Positions 52,535 through 61,912 of a DNA stretch of 64,000 nucleotides are shown in pieces. The DNA comes from an uncultured Bacteroidales bacterium (lineage in GTDB: Bacteria > Bacteroidota > Bacteroidia > Bacteroidales > Bacteroidaceae), in contig CACZJU010000005.1 of the NCBI GenBank assembly GCA_902781515.1, forward strand, positions 28,911-92,910. Direction: 5' to 3'. Positions within the stretch are counted from its first letter, which is position 1. Each line of letters opens with the position of its first letter. The notes beneath the pieces were generated by a model. It did not search any database, was not told the origin of the DNA, and saw only the letters and a program-made list of their open reading frames with translations. The translations under genes and the position numbers were made by a program.

Positions 52535-54895
52535 TTAGAGCTTAACCTTAATAGCGTTGCCGTTGTAAGATATAGTCTTTACGTCCTGAGAACCTACAAG
52601 ACGCAGACGGAAGGTACGCTGCTGAAGCATACCAGGGAACTGTCCTTCGCGGCGCTGTATGGAGAGTTCATGCTTCTTGTCGTTCCAGTTGAACTTTATA
52701 GTGGAGTATGCTCCCTGTTCGTAGCGATACGAATCGCCTTCGTCCTCATAGAGCGTGAACTCTCCGTCAGCTCCAGGATAGACAACGATAGTGAGGTCAT
52801 CCCACTGACGCTCTGCAGCGTATTGCATAACTGGGGCAATAGGCAGGATAGAGCCTTCGCGAACCATCATCGGAGCCTGCTTGAACGGAGTCGGCAACTC
52901 TACTTCCTGTCCGCCGTCGTATCGTTTCTCTGTATGGAAATCGTACCATGCAGTGCCTTCGGGCAGATACTTGGTGGCTGTAACTGGACGATTGAAGTCC
53001 ACACCACGAACAGCGTTAGTGCCTTCATCTGTAAATTGTGGACGTGTGATTGGAAGAGCCAGAATGCTGTGTCCGAATAGGAACTCATCCGTCATATTCC
53101 ATGTCTTTTTATCCTTGGGGAAGTCGTAGATGAGAGCACGCATATAGCTGCCGCCGTTTTTGGTAACATCCCATGCGGTAGAGTAGATGTAAGGCATCAG
53201 ACTATAACGCAAGCGTATTGTCTGCTCAATAGCGTCGAACACAGGTTCACCCTTCTTTCCAAACTGATAAATTTCGCGTGGGGCATCGGCTCCATGACTG
53301 CGGAATACAGGATTAAAGAGACCAAACTGCAACCAACGAACGTAGAGTTCCTGATAGTTGGGATTCTTGGGAGCATTGCCGCCACCATAGCGTCCGCAGA
53401 AGAAACCGCCGATGTCTGTGTTGATGTTGGGGCAGCCAGTCATGGTGTAGTTCAGGCAGAGTGGAATCTGCTTACGCAGAACATCCCACGATGAAGTAAT
53501 GTCGCCGCTCCACAAGCCGCTACCGTAGCGTTGCTGACCTGCAAATGCCGAGCGCGTCATTATGAATACTCTCTTCTCCTTGTCCACACTGCGCTGGTTG
53601 TCATACACTCCGCTTACTGTTGCAAGGGGGAATGCGTTGCGCATCGAGCCCCAAGTGCCTTGAGACTGAATGCCCAGAGAAGGCGATTGTCCCACAGGAC
53701 GTTCGTAGTCCTCTTCCTTCGGGCTGAAATAGTCAGGGTCAGTAGAGTCCATCCACCATGCATCAACACCGTACTGGTGCAGACGGCTCAGATGTTTCCA
53801 ATAAATGCTGCGAGCCTCTTGGCTGTATGGGTCATATACGCGAACTCCGCTTGGATATTCCATCTTCGGAGGCCAGATGCCAGAACCGCTTTGAGGCCAT
53901 GTCTGGAAGTCGAAAAGCAGTCCTTTCTCAGAGAGTTCCTTGTACTGTTTGGTGTGAGGACCGAAGCTTGCCCAAATGCTCATCATCAGATGGGCTCCCT
54001 GTTCGTGTACACGTTTCACCATTCGCTCGCCGTCGGCAAACTCCTCGTTCAGAAACTCCATAGCGTTCCACAGATAGTTCGAGCCCCAATACTGCCAGTC
54101 TTGCACAATTCCGTCCAAGGGCACTCCGTTCTTACGATGCCAGTCAACGACACCCAGAAGTTCACGGCTCGACTTGTATCGTTCCTTGCATTGCCAGTAA
54201 CCGAATGTCCACATTGGGAACATGGGTACATCGCCCGACAATTGGCGCATCAGTTTGTTGACGCCGTCAGCTGAGCCTCCATACATGAAGTAATAATCCA
54301 GACGGTCACCCGTCGAGGGACTGAAGGTCATACCCTCTGCATTATCCGTGAAGTCGGCTCTACTATAGTTGTCCCAATATATGCCCCAACCCTTAAGCGA
54401 CTGTATTACGTATTGGAAGTCCTCCTGATTTGATTGCTCCATCATCTTCCTGTCCGTTCCTCTGCGGTTCAGTTTCCCGTCTTGCAGAGTCCCAAGTCCG
54501 TAGATGGGTTCGTCTTTATCCAACAGGTATGTCTGTGCGAGGCGAGGGGAGAGTTTTGTGCTTTTCTCCTTCAGAAGATTTGTTCCCTTTGTAAGGAACT
54601 CCACCTGTCCGCTTTCCTTATTTATTATTATAGTCAGGGCAGTACTGGTGAGTGATACCTGACTGGGTGCGTCTTTTACGCTCAGTTTTACATTCTGCTC
54701 TGGCTTCATCGTCACTACAAGGCTCTTCTGTCCTTCACTTTCCAGCGACTTGCCGTGCTCAACACGAACAATACGAGGCGACATAAAAGTCACTCGCGTG
54801 ATACCTTCGCTTGTGCGAACCTCTACAGGCTTCGTTGCTGTCCATCCTGTCACACACACGAAGACCATTACCATTAAACTTGCAATTCTTTTCAT
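52535..54895 (-). CDS. GH31 alpha-glucosidase/alpha-xylosidase
   Basis: KERYKSSRELLGVVDWHRKNGVPLDGIVQDWQYW, GVDAWWMDSTDPD and RSAFAGQQRYGSGLWSGDITSSW...TDIGGF match the GH31 order. I prefer ATG 54895 (MKRIASLMVMVF signal peptide). Confidence 0.8.
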   Translation of the reverse strand: MKRIASLMVMVFVCVTGWTATKPVEVRTSEGITRVTFMSPRIVRVEHGKSLESEGQKSLVVTMKPEQNVKLSVKDAPSQVSLTSTALTIIINKESGQVEFLTKGTNLLKEKSTKLSPRLAQTYLLDKDEPIYGLGTLQDGKLNRRGTDRKMMEQSNQEDFQYVIQSLKGWGIYWDNYSRADFTDNAEGMTFSPSTGDRLDYYFMYGGSADGVNKLMRQLSGDVPMFPMWTFGYWQCKERYKSSRELLGVVDWHRKNGVPLDGIVQDWQYWGSNYLWNAMEFLNEEFADGERMVKRVHEQGAHLMMSIWASFGPHTKQYKELSEKGLLFDFQTWPQSGSGIWPPKMEYPSGVRVYDPYSQEARSIYWKHLSRLHQYGVDAWWMDSTDPDYFSPKEEDYERPVGQSPSLGIQSQGTWGSMRNAFPLATVSGVYDNQRSVDKEKRVFIMTRSAFAGQQRYGSGLWSGDITSSWDVLRKQIPLCLNYTMTGCPNINTDIGGFFCGRYGGGNAPKNPNYQELYVRWLQFGLFNPVFRSHGADAPREIYQFGKKGEPVFDAIEQTIRLRYSLMPYIYSTAWDVTKNGGSYMRALIYDFPKDKKTWNMTDEFLFGHSILALPITRPQFTDEGTNAVRGVDFNRPVTATKYLPEGTAWYDFHTEKRYDGGQEVELPTPFKQAPMMVREGSILPIAPVMQYAAERQWDDLTIVVYPGADGEFTLYEDEGDSYRYEQGAYSTIKFNWNDKKHELSIQRREGQFPGMLQQRTFRLRLVGSQDVKTISYNGNAIKVKL

Positions 54896-55019
54896 ATTAA
54901 TATCCATTGATTTATTGCCATTTATGACTGCAAAGTTAGTGTAAAGCGAGCGCAATACCAAATATAAATGAAAATTAATTTGCGTTTTAGCGCACTTAAT
55001 CGTACCTTTGTATCTTGTT

Positions 55020-57173
55020 ATGACTATTATTCCGTATTCGGTAAAATATAAGGAAACGTGGAATCAGTTCGTTGCGACGGCAAAGAATGCGACATTTTTG
55101 CTCAATCGTGACTTCATGGACTACCATTCCGACCGTTTCTTCGACTGTTCGCTTTTGGTATACGAGGCCGACCTCTCCGATGAGGATGCCCCGCATGGTG
55201 TAGATGGCCTGAAGGCTGTGCTGCCTGCCAACTGGGTTGAGGCTGAACGTACGGTGTATTCGCACGGAGGACTTACCTATGGCGGACTGATTATGAGGGC
55301 GGATATAACACAACAGGAAGTGTTGGACGCTATGAAGGCCATAATGCAGTATTATCGTGATATGCTGCAGGCTACCACTCTCATCTACAAACCTATTCCA
55401 CAGATTTACAGCCCATATCCAGCGGGTGAAGACCTGTATGCACTGTTCCGTGCTGGAGCACGTATTGTTGGACGTAATGTGGCTTCTGTGGTATCAATGA
55501 ATCACCAACTGCGTATGCGCACGCTTCGTCAGCGACAGGCAAAGAAGGCTGTAGATAATAATTTCTACATAGATCGCATTGTGGAGAGCGATACTGCTGC
55601 TTTGCATGAATACTGGACTTTGCTGACCAATGTGCTGCAGCAGTATCATCACGCCACTCCTGTTCATTCTGAGGAAGAAATGGCTCTGCTCATGCGCCGC
55701 TTCCCCAAGGAAATCCGTTTGTTCGTGGTTAAGCACGAAGAGAGAATTACTGCTGGTGTTTTGGTGTTCCTGACACAGCAGGTGGCTCGTGTGCAATATA
55801 TAGCAGCAGGCGAAGAAGGTCGTAAATATGGAGCCCTCGACCTCCTGTTCCGTCATCTCATAAATGACCGCTATCGTCAGATGGAATATCTCGACTTTGG
55901 AACGTCTATGGCAGAGGATGGAATAGAGCTGAATAGGGGACTGATGTTCCAGAAGGAAGGCTTCGGAGGAAGAGCTATCTGCTTCGACATCTATGAGGTT
56001 GACCTTGCCAGCAATATCATAGACCGTATGTGCGGCAGCGAACATAAGGCGCCCGAACGTCAGATTCGCTATCTCGACCTCAAGGCTTTAAATGATAGGT
56101 TCGAGCCTCGACTGACGCAGGCTATCGGTGAGGTTGTTAAGAGTGGATGGTATCTTTTGGGAGAGCACGTTGCCGAGTTTGAACAGCAGTTCGCTCAGTA
56201 TTGCGGCACTAAGTATTGCATACTCGTTGGCAACGGAATGGATGCGCTTACCATTATCCTGCGTGGGTACAAACACCTGTTGGGATGGGAAGATGGTGAC
56301 GAAGTGATAGTTCCGGCAAACACATACATTGCAACCATACTTGCTGTTCATGAGGCAGGACTCACTCCCGTGCTTTGCGAACCTTCGTTGCAGGATTATC
56401 TTATCGATGTTACTCGAATGCAAGACCTCCTGACAGAGCGTACGCGTGCCGTACTACCTGTACACCTTTATGGCAGGACGTGTAACATGAATGCCATCAA
56501 CGAGTGGGCAAAGGCTAATGGCTTGCGTGTCATAGAAGATGCCGCACAGGCTCATGGTGCTGTTTATAAAGGTCGTAAGGCTGGCAATCTTGGAGATGCT
56601 GCAGGCTTCAGCTTCTATCCTGGAAAGAACCTCGGAGCATTGGGTGATGCAGGTTGTATCACTACTAACGACGAAGCACTTGCTAAGGTCGTAAGAATGA
56701 TTGGTAACTACGGCTCGGCAGATAAATATATCAACGAGGTAAAGGGTAAAAACAGCCGTTGTGATGAGATGCAGGCTGCTGTTCTTAGCATTAAGTTGCC
56801 ACATCTTGACGAAGATAACAAACGTCGCAGAGAGATTGCAAGACTCTACATAGAGAATGTCGATAACCCGCTAATCACGCTACCTACGATGCCGAAGAAT
56901 GCCGAAGAATGCGTCTTCCACATCTTCCCAGTGCGCTGTCCGGCACGTCAGCAGTTGCAGGAATATCTGCGAACCAACGACATACAGACTCTCATCCACT
57001 ATCCTGTAGCGCCACACAAGCAAAAGGCATTCAGCGAGTGGAATGGACAACGTTATCCGATAACCGAACGCATTCATCGCGAGGAGTTGTCCTTGCCCAT
57101 AAGTCCCCTGCTCACAGATGCACAGGTGATGCGCATCATTGAACTGCTCAACGACTTCAACGTCGAACTATGA
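55020..57173 (+). CDS. Fusion of a GNAT/FemAB-like acyltransferase domain (N-terminal) with a DegT/DnrJ/EryC1/StrS (WecE-like) sugar aminotransferase (C-terminal)
   Basis: The C-terminal half has [12 protein letters not shown]..., [18 protein letters not shown] and [16 protein letters not shown] (PLP Lys). The N-terminal ~340 aa is a GNAT-like duplicated fold, recognised by pattern only. A TAccTTTG box lies at 55003-55010, and I prefer ATG 55020. Confidence 0.75.
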   Translation: MTIIPYSVKYKETWNQFVATAKNATFLLNRDFMDYHSDRFFDCSLLVYEADLSDEDAPHGVDGLKAVLPANWVEAERTVYSHGGLTYGGLIMRADITQQEVLDAMKAIMQYYRDMLQATTLIYKPIPQIYSPYPAGEDLYALFRAGARIVGRNVASVVSMNHQLRMRTLRQRQAKKAVDNNFYIDRIVESDTAALHEYWTLLTNVLQQYHHATPVHSEEEMALLMRRFPKEIRLFVVKHEERITAGVLVFLTQQVARVQYIAAGEEGRKYGALDLLFRHLINDRYRQMEYLDFGTSMAEDGIELNRGLMFQKEGFGGRAICFDIYEVDLASNIIDRMCGSEHKAPERQIRYLDLKALNDRFEPRLTQAIGEVVKSGWYLLGEHVAEFEQQFAQYCGTKYCILVGNGMDALTIILRGYKHLLGWEDGDEVIVPANTYIATILAVHEAGLTPVLCEPSLQDYLIDVTRMQDLLTERTRAVLPVHLYGRTCNMNAINEWAKANGLRVIEDAAQAHGAVYKGRKAGNLGDAAGFSFYPGKNLGALGDAGCITTNDEALAKVVRMIGNYGSADKYINEVKGKNSRCDEMQAAVLSIKLPHLDEDNKRRREIARLYIENVDNPLITLPTMPKNAEECVFHIFPVRCPARQQLQEYLRTNDIQTLIHYPVAPHKQKAFSEWNGQRYPITERIHREELSLPISPLLTDAQVMRIIELLNDFNVEL

Positions 57174-57862
57174 CCCAGTGGGTGCATTTGCTTCGCGATT
57201 TTTGCGACTTGCTGAGTCCGCGCTATTGTGCAATCTGTGGTTCGCGACTGGGAACTTCCGAGCAGAAGGTTTGTACAAGGTGCCTGCTCACGATGCCATA
57301 CGTTGGGGATATAGATTTCAATGACAACTTCGTAACCCGTCTGTTCTGGGGCAAACTGCCTGTAGAACGCGGTTACAGCTATATGTATTACAACAGAGGC
57401 GACAATTCCCATAATCTGCTGACACAACTGAAATACGTCCACAGGCTCGACATCGGACAATGGGCCGGACGTATGATTGCCAACGACCTGTTGCCCAAGG
57501 GGTTCTTTGATGGGGTAGAGTGCATAGTTCCTGTTCCCCTGCATTGGCGACGCCTCTTGAAACGGGGATACAACCAGAGCGAACAACTGGCTCGTGGGGT
57601 TGCGGAGGTCACAGGTCTGCCACTGTTGAAAGGCCATGTGCGACGCATCCGCAACAACCCTACACAAACCCACAAGTCAGCTGAGGAACGATACGAGAAC
57701 GTCAAGAACCTGTTCCGTCTGAGACGACGCATACCATATCGTAACGTGCTTCTCATCGACGATGTGCTGACAACGGGTGCCACTATGGCTTCATGCATCA
57801 AGGCTATCCTTGAGGTGCAGCCGGAGACTCGTATCAGCGTGCTGACGATGGCGAAAGCATAA
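57170..57862 (+). CDS. comF: ComF-family protein (phosphoribosyltransferase domain)
   Basis: The N-terminal Cys pairs are CAICGSRL...CTRCL and the PRTase motif is [18 protein letters not shown] overlap with the upstream gene. Confidence 0.85.
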   Translation: MTQWVHLLRDFCDLLSPRYCAICGSRLGTSEQKVCTRCLLTMPYVGDIDFNDNFVTRLFWGKLPVERGYSYMYYNRGDNSHNLLTQLKYVHRLDIGQWAGRMIANDLLPKGFFDGVECIVPVPLHWRRLLKRGYNQSEQLARGVAEVTGLPLLKGHVRRIRNNPTQTHKSAEERYENVKNLFRLRRRIPYRNVLLIDDVLTTGATMASCIKAILEVQPETRISVLTMAKA

Positions 57863-58826
57863 GCAGAAGGATTTTGCGGCCCATTTGATAGGATAATAAC
57901 CAGCGGAAGAGAGAGTATTTCCAAGTGTAATGTTTATTAGGCAGAGGGAATAGTTCCATATTGTGAAGCCGCTGTATACTATCCTCCAGCGTTAGCCTGT
58001 CGCCCGTAAGACAAATGGTGTTGTAGATGTAATCCATCGTCAGCTGGTGGACGCGTCGGAGTAATGCCTGTTGTTTGTCCGCAGGTAATTCCATAGCTTT
58101 CTTCTGTAGAATGGAAATTACTTTCTCCATATCGTTCAGACGACGTGTGATATGGGTTTTGTTCTCAGTGTTCTGGATGGAGTCCGTTCTCTGCCGATAG
58201 TAATAGGCACAGGCATTTGTGGCTACAAACGACTGTGCACGAAGAATCAGTTGTGGGGTGAATTCTTCGTCCTCGTGCAGTATTCTACGATGGAAACGAA
58301 GCTCTCTTAATAACTCTCTCTTAAAAAGATGAATGCAGCAAATGGCTGATATGTTGTTGTTTAGCATGTAGTGTTGTCCTGTGACTGGCTTTGTGAATGA
58401 TTCCTTTCTGTGGACTTTCCCTTCATCACTCGTAAAGGCAAATCTCAGCATATCAACATCGTGATTACGGCGTACATATGCGATACAAACGTTGTAAGCG
58501 TCAGTAAGAAGATAGTCATCAGAATCAAGAAACTGAATGTATGTTCCAGTAGCAATATCTAGACCAGCGTTTCGTGCTGCAGACAATCCCTGATTCTCCT
58601 GACGCATATATTTGATACTTTCCTTATGTATATTCAGGAGTGGCTGCGGGTCGATTGTGCTACCATCGTCAATGAGGATTATCTCTCTCTCTTCGGTCAT
58701 CAATGACAGACGTAGCACGCTCGCGATACATTCTTGCAACATATCGAGTGGAACATTGTAAAAGGGTATAATGAAGCTTATCTTGAATGTTTCACCACCT
58801 TGTGCAGCAGCTTGTTCAGTATGCAT
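57834..58826 (-). CDS. Family 2 glycosyltransferase
   Basis: ISFIIPFYNV, ILIDDGS and FLDSDDYL are present. Confidence 0.85.
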   Translation of the reverse strand: MHTEQAAAQGGETFKISFIIPFYNVPLDMLQECIASVLRLSLMTEEREIILIDDGSTIDPQPLLNIHKESIKYMRQENQGLSAARNAGLDIATGTYIQFLDSDDYLLTDAYNVCIAYVRRNHDVDMLRFAFTSDEGKVHRKESFTKPVTGQHYMLNNNISAICCIHLFKRELLRELRFHRRILHEDEEFTPQLILRAQSFVATNACAYYYRQRTDSIQNTENKTHITRRLNDMEKVISILQKKAMELPADKQQALLRRVHQLTMDYIYNTICLTGDRLTLEDSIQRLHNMELFPLPNKHYTWKYSLFRWLLSYQMGRKILLLMLSPSSAR

Positions 58827-59686
58827 AGTTGTTTTAGTCCTAAGAGATGCATCAGTTTAAGTTTCAGTGTGTTCCGATATGGTAGTATGGGCAATACCGG
58901 AGGCTCGCCTGTTAGTTCATATACATCGAGCTGTATGTTCAGCACGTGGGCATAGTATGCTGCGTAGTCTTTTCCTTGCAGCAACTGTTTCTCACAGTAG
59001 AGCACATGCAGATGCCCCTCAAGCAAATCGTTCAAAGCCCGCCCGTCGGCCGTATTAGTTATGCTGTTGGGGTTGTAGTTATAGTAGTATAGCCCTGTGT
59101 CTGTTGTTGCAACTTTCCGTGTGTGCTTTAGCAATAGGGGCAGGGTGTGCACGTCCTCGAATAGGCGTCCCTTAGGGAAGCAGACCTCGCTGAACAATTG
59201 TTTTCGATAAATTTTGTTCCATGCATAAGTATGTTTGTATGCCTCGCAACCTATCCAATATTCAGCCATGTTTGTGTAAACCTCAGGTCGGAACGTTAGT
59301 GTCTTCTCGAAGCTGCTGCCGTGATATACTTCTACTGGATATTCCAGAATATCGTAGTCGGGATGCTCATACATTATAGGAATTAGCTTATCCAAAGTCC
59401 CTTCTGCCAGATGGTCGTCGCTGTCAATGAACGTCAGCAGTTCGCCCTTTGCCGCTTCTATGCCTGTGTTGCGTGCCAAGCTCAGTCCTCCGTTAGCTTG
59501 GTGTATGACGCGAATGTGCGGATTATCTTGTGCCAGTTGGTCGCATATTTCGCCCGAACTGTCTTTCGAGCCATCGTCCACCAGTATTATCTCCCAATCG
59601 TCGAACGTCGTTATTTGGGCGCTGCTGACACATGTTCGCAGCGTGTTCTCTACGTTATATACGGGAATGATAATCGACAACTTCAT
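58778..59686 (-). CDS. Family 2 glycosyltransferase
   Basis: LSIIIPVYNVE, ILVDDGSKDSSG and FIDSDDHL are present. It overlaps the downstream GT2 gene by 49 nt. Confidence 0.85.
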   Translation of the reverse strand: MKLSIIIPVYNVENTLRTCVSSAQITTFDDWEIILVDDGSKDSSGEICDQLAQDNPHIRVIHQANGGLSLARNTGIEAAKGELLTFIDSDDHLAEGTLDKLIPIMYEHPDYDILEYPVEVYHGSSFEKTLTFRPEVYTNMAEYWIGCEAYKHTYAWNKIYRKQLFSEVCFPKGRLFEDVHTLPLLLKHTRKVATTDTGLYYYNYNPNSITNTADGRALNDLLEGHLHVLYCEKQLLQGKDYAAYYAHVLNIQLDVYELTGEPPVLPILPYRNTLKLKLMHLLGLKQLCILNKLLHKVVKHSR

Positions 59687-59716
59687 ATCTGCAAAGTTAC
59701 AATAAATAAATTAAAA

Positions 59717-59751
59717 ATTACGGATTACGGATTACGAATTACGAATTATGA
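59717..59751. repeat. Heptanucleotide microsatellite ATTACGG/ATTACGA, 5 units
   Basis: attacgg attacgg attacga attacga attatga lies upstream (minus-strand sense) of the GT2 operon. The TAacTTTG box is at 59692-59699 on the minus strand. Confidence 0.85.
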
Positions 59752-59775
59752 ATAAAAAATAAAGCTTACGCCTTT

Positions 59776-61782
59776 CTAAAACGAACAATTGAAGCGGGCA
59801 CCTGCGAGAACCCAGATGCCAGGTTGGCGGACACAGCCGAGGTCGTAGTAACGCTTGTTCGTTATGTTTGTTCCCTTTGCAAAAATCTCGTAGTGCTTAT
59901 CGGTCCATTGGAGCTTGAGGTCGAGGGTGGTGTAGGGACTGTAATTCCCCATTCGTTCCTGCCAACGAATACTCCAAGTCGCGTTGAGTTTTGAGTAGAT
60001 TTTGTGGTTCAACGAAGCCACGAACTTATGTCGTAGATACTCCAAAGCATAATTGCTTTTGAAGATTATTTGGTTATCGCGACGATGTTGGTGTATGTAA
60101 GTGTAACCCACTGATAACGAGTGTATAAATATATCCTTCTTACAGAGTTGCTTGAAGTTGAGTTTAGTCTCTGCCTGTGCCCCCATATTGTCCAGTTCGA
60201 ACGATGTTGAATGATAGGTATCGGTAGGTGTATACATCACCCAGTCAATCATGTTGTGCCCACGATTGTAGAACAGACGCAGAGTACCTTGAATACCCTG
60301 TCGCGTGTATCGTGTTCCTATCTGCATCGAGTGGTTTACCTCTGGTCTTAAGTCCGTATTTCCGTTGAGGGTAGGCGACTTGTAGTAGAGGTCTGTGAAC
60401 GTAGGCAGACGAAACCCTTTGCTATACGAAGCGTAGAGTTTCCAGTTTGTCTTGGGACGATATGCTAGATCTATTCCAGGATAGAGGCGGAAGGAATAAT
60501 CTATGGACGTATTCATATTGGCGATGAGGCCTGCCGAAAGAGTCCAATGGGAGAGCAGAACATTGTGTTCGAGGCTGAAACTGATGTTCGTGCGATTGTC
60601 CTTATGGTCGTACAAGATGCCGTTTTCTCCTCGCACGAGCACATATTCACTCGTGGTCAGGGGCTTTCCGAGATTGGTGCTGAGAATGCCTTCGTTCCTG
60701 ACCTCTGCACCGATTGCAGTCTTGCCTGCAACCCACGAGAAATGCCCGTTGAGCCGTAGTCCGTATATGTCAGACATGTGGAAGTTTTCGCCGAATCGGT
60801 CTCTTCTCACCAGTTCGAAGTTATCGTACAAGCGGTTCCAGTATAGGGTGGGGAGGAAACGGAACTTTCCTTTTGTTTCAGCGCTGACACTCAGCAGGTA
60901 ACGTTCGTTTCGCTCGAACTGGTCGGGATATGCTGCCGAGTAGAAAGTGTTGGCTCCGTAGGCTTTCTTAGACATACCGAACTGCCAGCGGAGGTCGAAG
61001 TCCTTGTGAGTGAAGTCCCCTTGATAATAAAGCTGCCCTTTGCGCCAGTCGTCGTTCGTTGTTCCTCCGTCCGAACGTCCCCCTCCTCCGCTCAGTCGGT
61101 TGGAAACCTTTCCGTAGGTGATGGCTATGCGTCCGTCGGCTTGGAATGTTCCGTACATTCCACCTTCGGCTCCTGCGGAAACGGTGCGAAGCGTATCTTG
61201 TCGTGTGACGATATTGATGCAGCCTCCGAACGAAGAACCGCCATATACGCGGCTGTCGGCTCCAGATAGAATCTCTATGCGCTCGATGTCCTGCAGACTT
61301 ACTGGCAGGTCTGCCGACAAATGTCCCGTTTGTGGACTGCTGATGTTTACGCCGTTGAGGAGAAGCGTAATTTGGTCGAATGTGCCTCCGTCAATGCTGA
61401 TGTCCGTTTGAATACCAAAGCCTCCGCGCTGACGGACATCTACGCCCGAGGCTAATTTCAATAAATCGTTTGTACTCTGTACGCCCGCCGCTTGAATATC
61501 ATCGCGGGAAACTACGCTGACGATGCGAGCCGATTGCAATTGCGTCAGCGGAGCTAAGGAACCGCTGATTTGAATTTCGTCCAGCGTCCTTGTGTCGCCA
61601 TCAGTCTCCTTGCTTGTCATTCGTTCTGTATCGGCCTGAATGGGTGTGACTGTGCTCAGTGTTGCAACTGACAAGACACCAATCTTCACCAATCGGCCCA
61701 AACTAGCGAATGCGCTGTATCCTTTATGCGAATACTGCTTCCAAGTGTAGGCTTTCCGGCTTTTCGTCCGTTCCTTATTCAT
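59776..61782 (-). CDS. TonB-dependent outer-membrane receptor
   Basis: The plug region is LDEIQISGS...VDVRQRGG..., with a long beta-barrel and a C-terminal Phe (ARFNCSF). I prefer ATG 61782, because the track's TTG 61812 is part of a TAtcTTTG box. Confidence 0.8.
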   Translation of the reverse strand: MNKERTKSRKAYTWKQYSHKGYSAFASLGRLVKIGVLSVATLSTVTPIQADTERMTSKETDGDTRTLDEIQISGSLAPLTQLQSARIVSVVSRDDIQAAGVQSTNDLLKLASGVDVRQRGGFGIQTDISIDGGTFDQITLLLNGVNISSPQTGHLSADLPVSLQDIERIEILSGADSRVYGGSSFGGCINIVTRQDTLRTVSAGAEGGMYGTFQADGRIAITYGKVSNRLSGGGGRSDGGTTNDDWRKGQLYYQGDFTHKDFDLRWQFGMSKKAYGANTFYSAAYPDQFERNERYLLSVSAETKGKFRFLPTLYWNRLYDNFELVRRDRFGENFHMSDIYGLRLNGHFSWVAGKTAIGAEVRNEGILSTNLGKPLTTSEYVLVRGENGILYDHKDNRTNISFSLEHNVLLSHWTLSAGLIANMNTSIDYSFRLYPGIDLAYRPKTNWKLYASYSKGFRLPTFTDLYYKSPTLNGNTDLRPEVNHSMQIGTRYTRQGIQGTLRLFYNRGHNMIDWVMYTPTDTYHSTSFELDNMGAQAETKLNFKQLCKKDIFIHSLSVGYTYIHQHRRDNQIIFKSNYALEYLRHKFVASLNHKIYSKLNATWSIRWQERMGNYSPYTTLDLKLQWTDKHYEIFAKGTNITNKRYYDLGCVRQPGIWVLAGARFNCSF

Positions 61783-61809
61783 AATTTGTTTTACATCTGT
61801 TTTGGAGTG

Positions 61810-61817
61810 CAAAGATA
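61810..61817 (-). promoter_or_regulatory. -7 promoter box (TAtcTTTG) for the TonB-dependent receptor gene
   Basis: Plus-strand caaagata at 61810-61817. Confidence 0.5.
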
Positions 61818-61857
61818 CAAATTATTTTGATAAGTTGTATGGATGAAAACTTTTTAC

Positions 61858-61865
61858 TATTTTTG
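61858..61865 (+). promoter_or_regulatory. -7 promoter box (TAttTTTG) for pflB
   Basis: tatttttg lies 48 nt upstream of ATG 61913. Confidence 0.45.
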
Positions 61866-61912
61866 TGCGCAGATAAATTTAAATATTCATTAACCTTACA
61901 CAAACAAAGCTT

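Noticed and set aside
61783-61912. Cobalamin or other riboswitch upstream of the TonB-dependent receptor
   Set aside because: The roughly 30-nt leader between the TATCTTTG box and ATG 61782 is too short. The AT-rich divergent region shows no conserved riboswitch core, such as a B12 box, that I can recognise.
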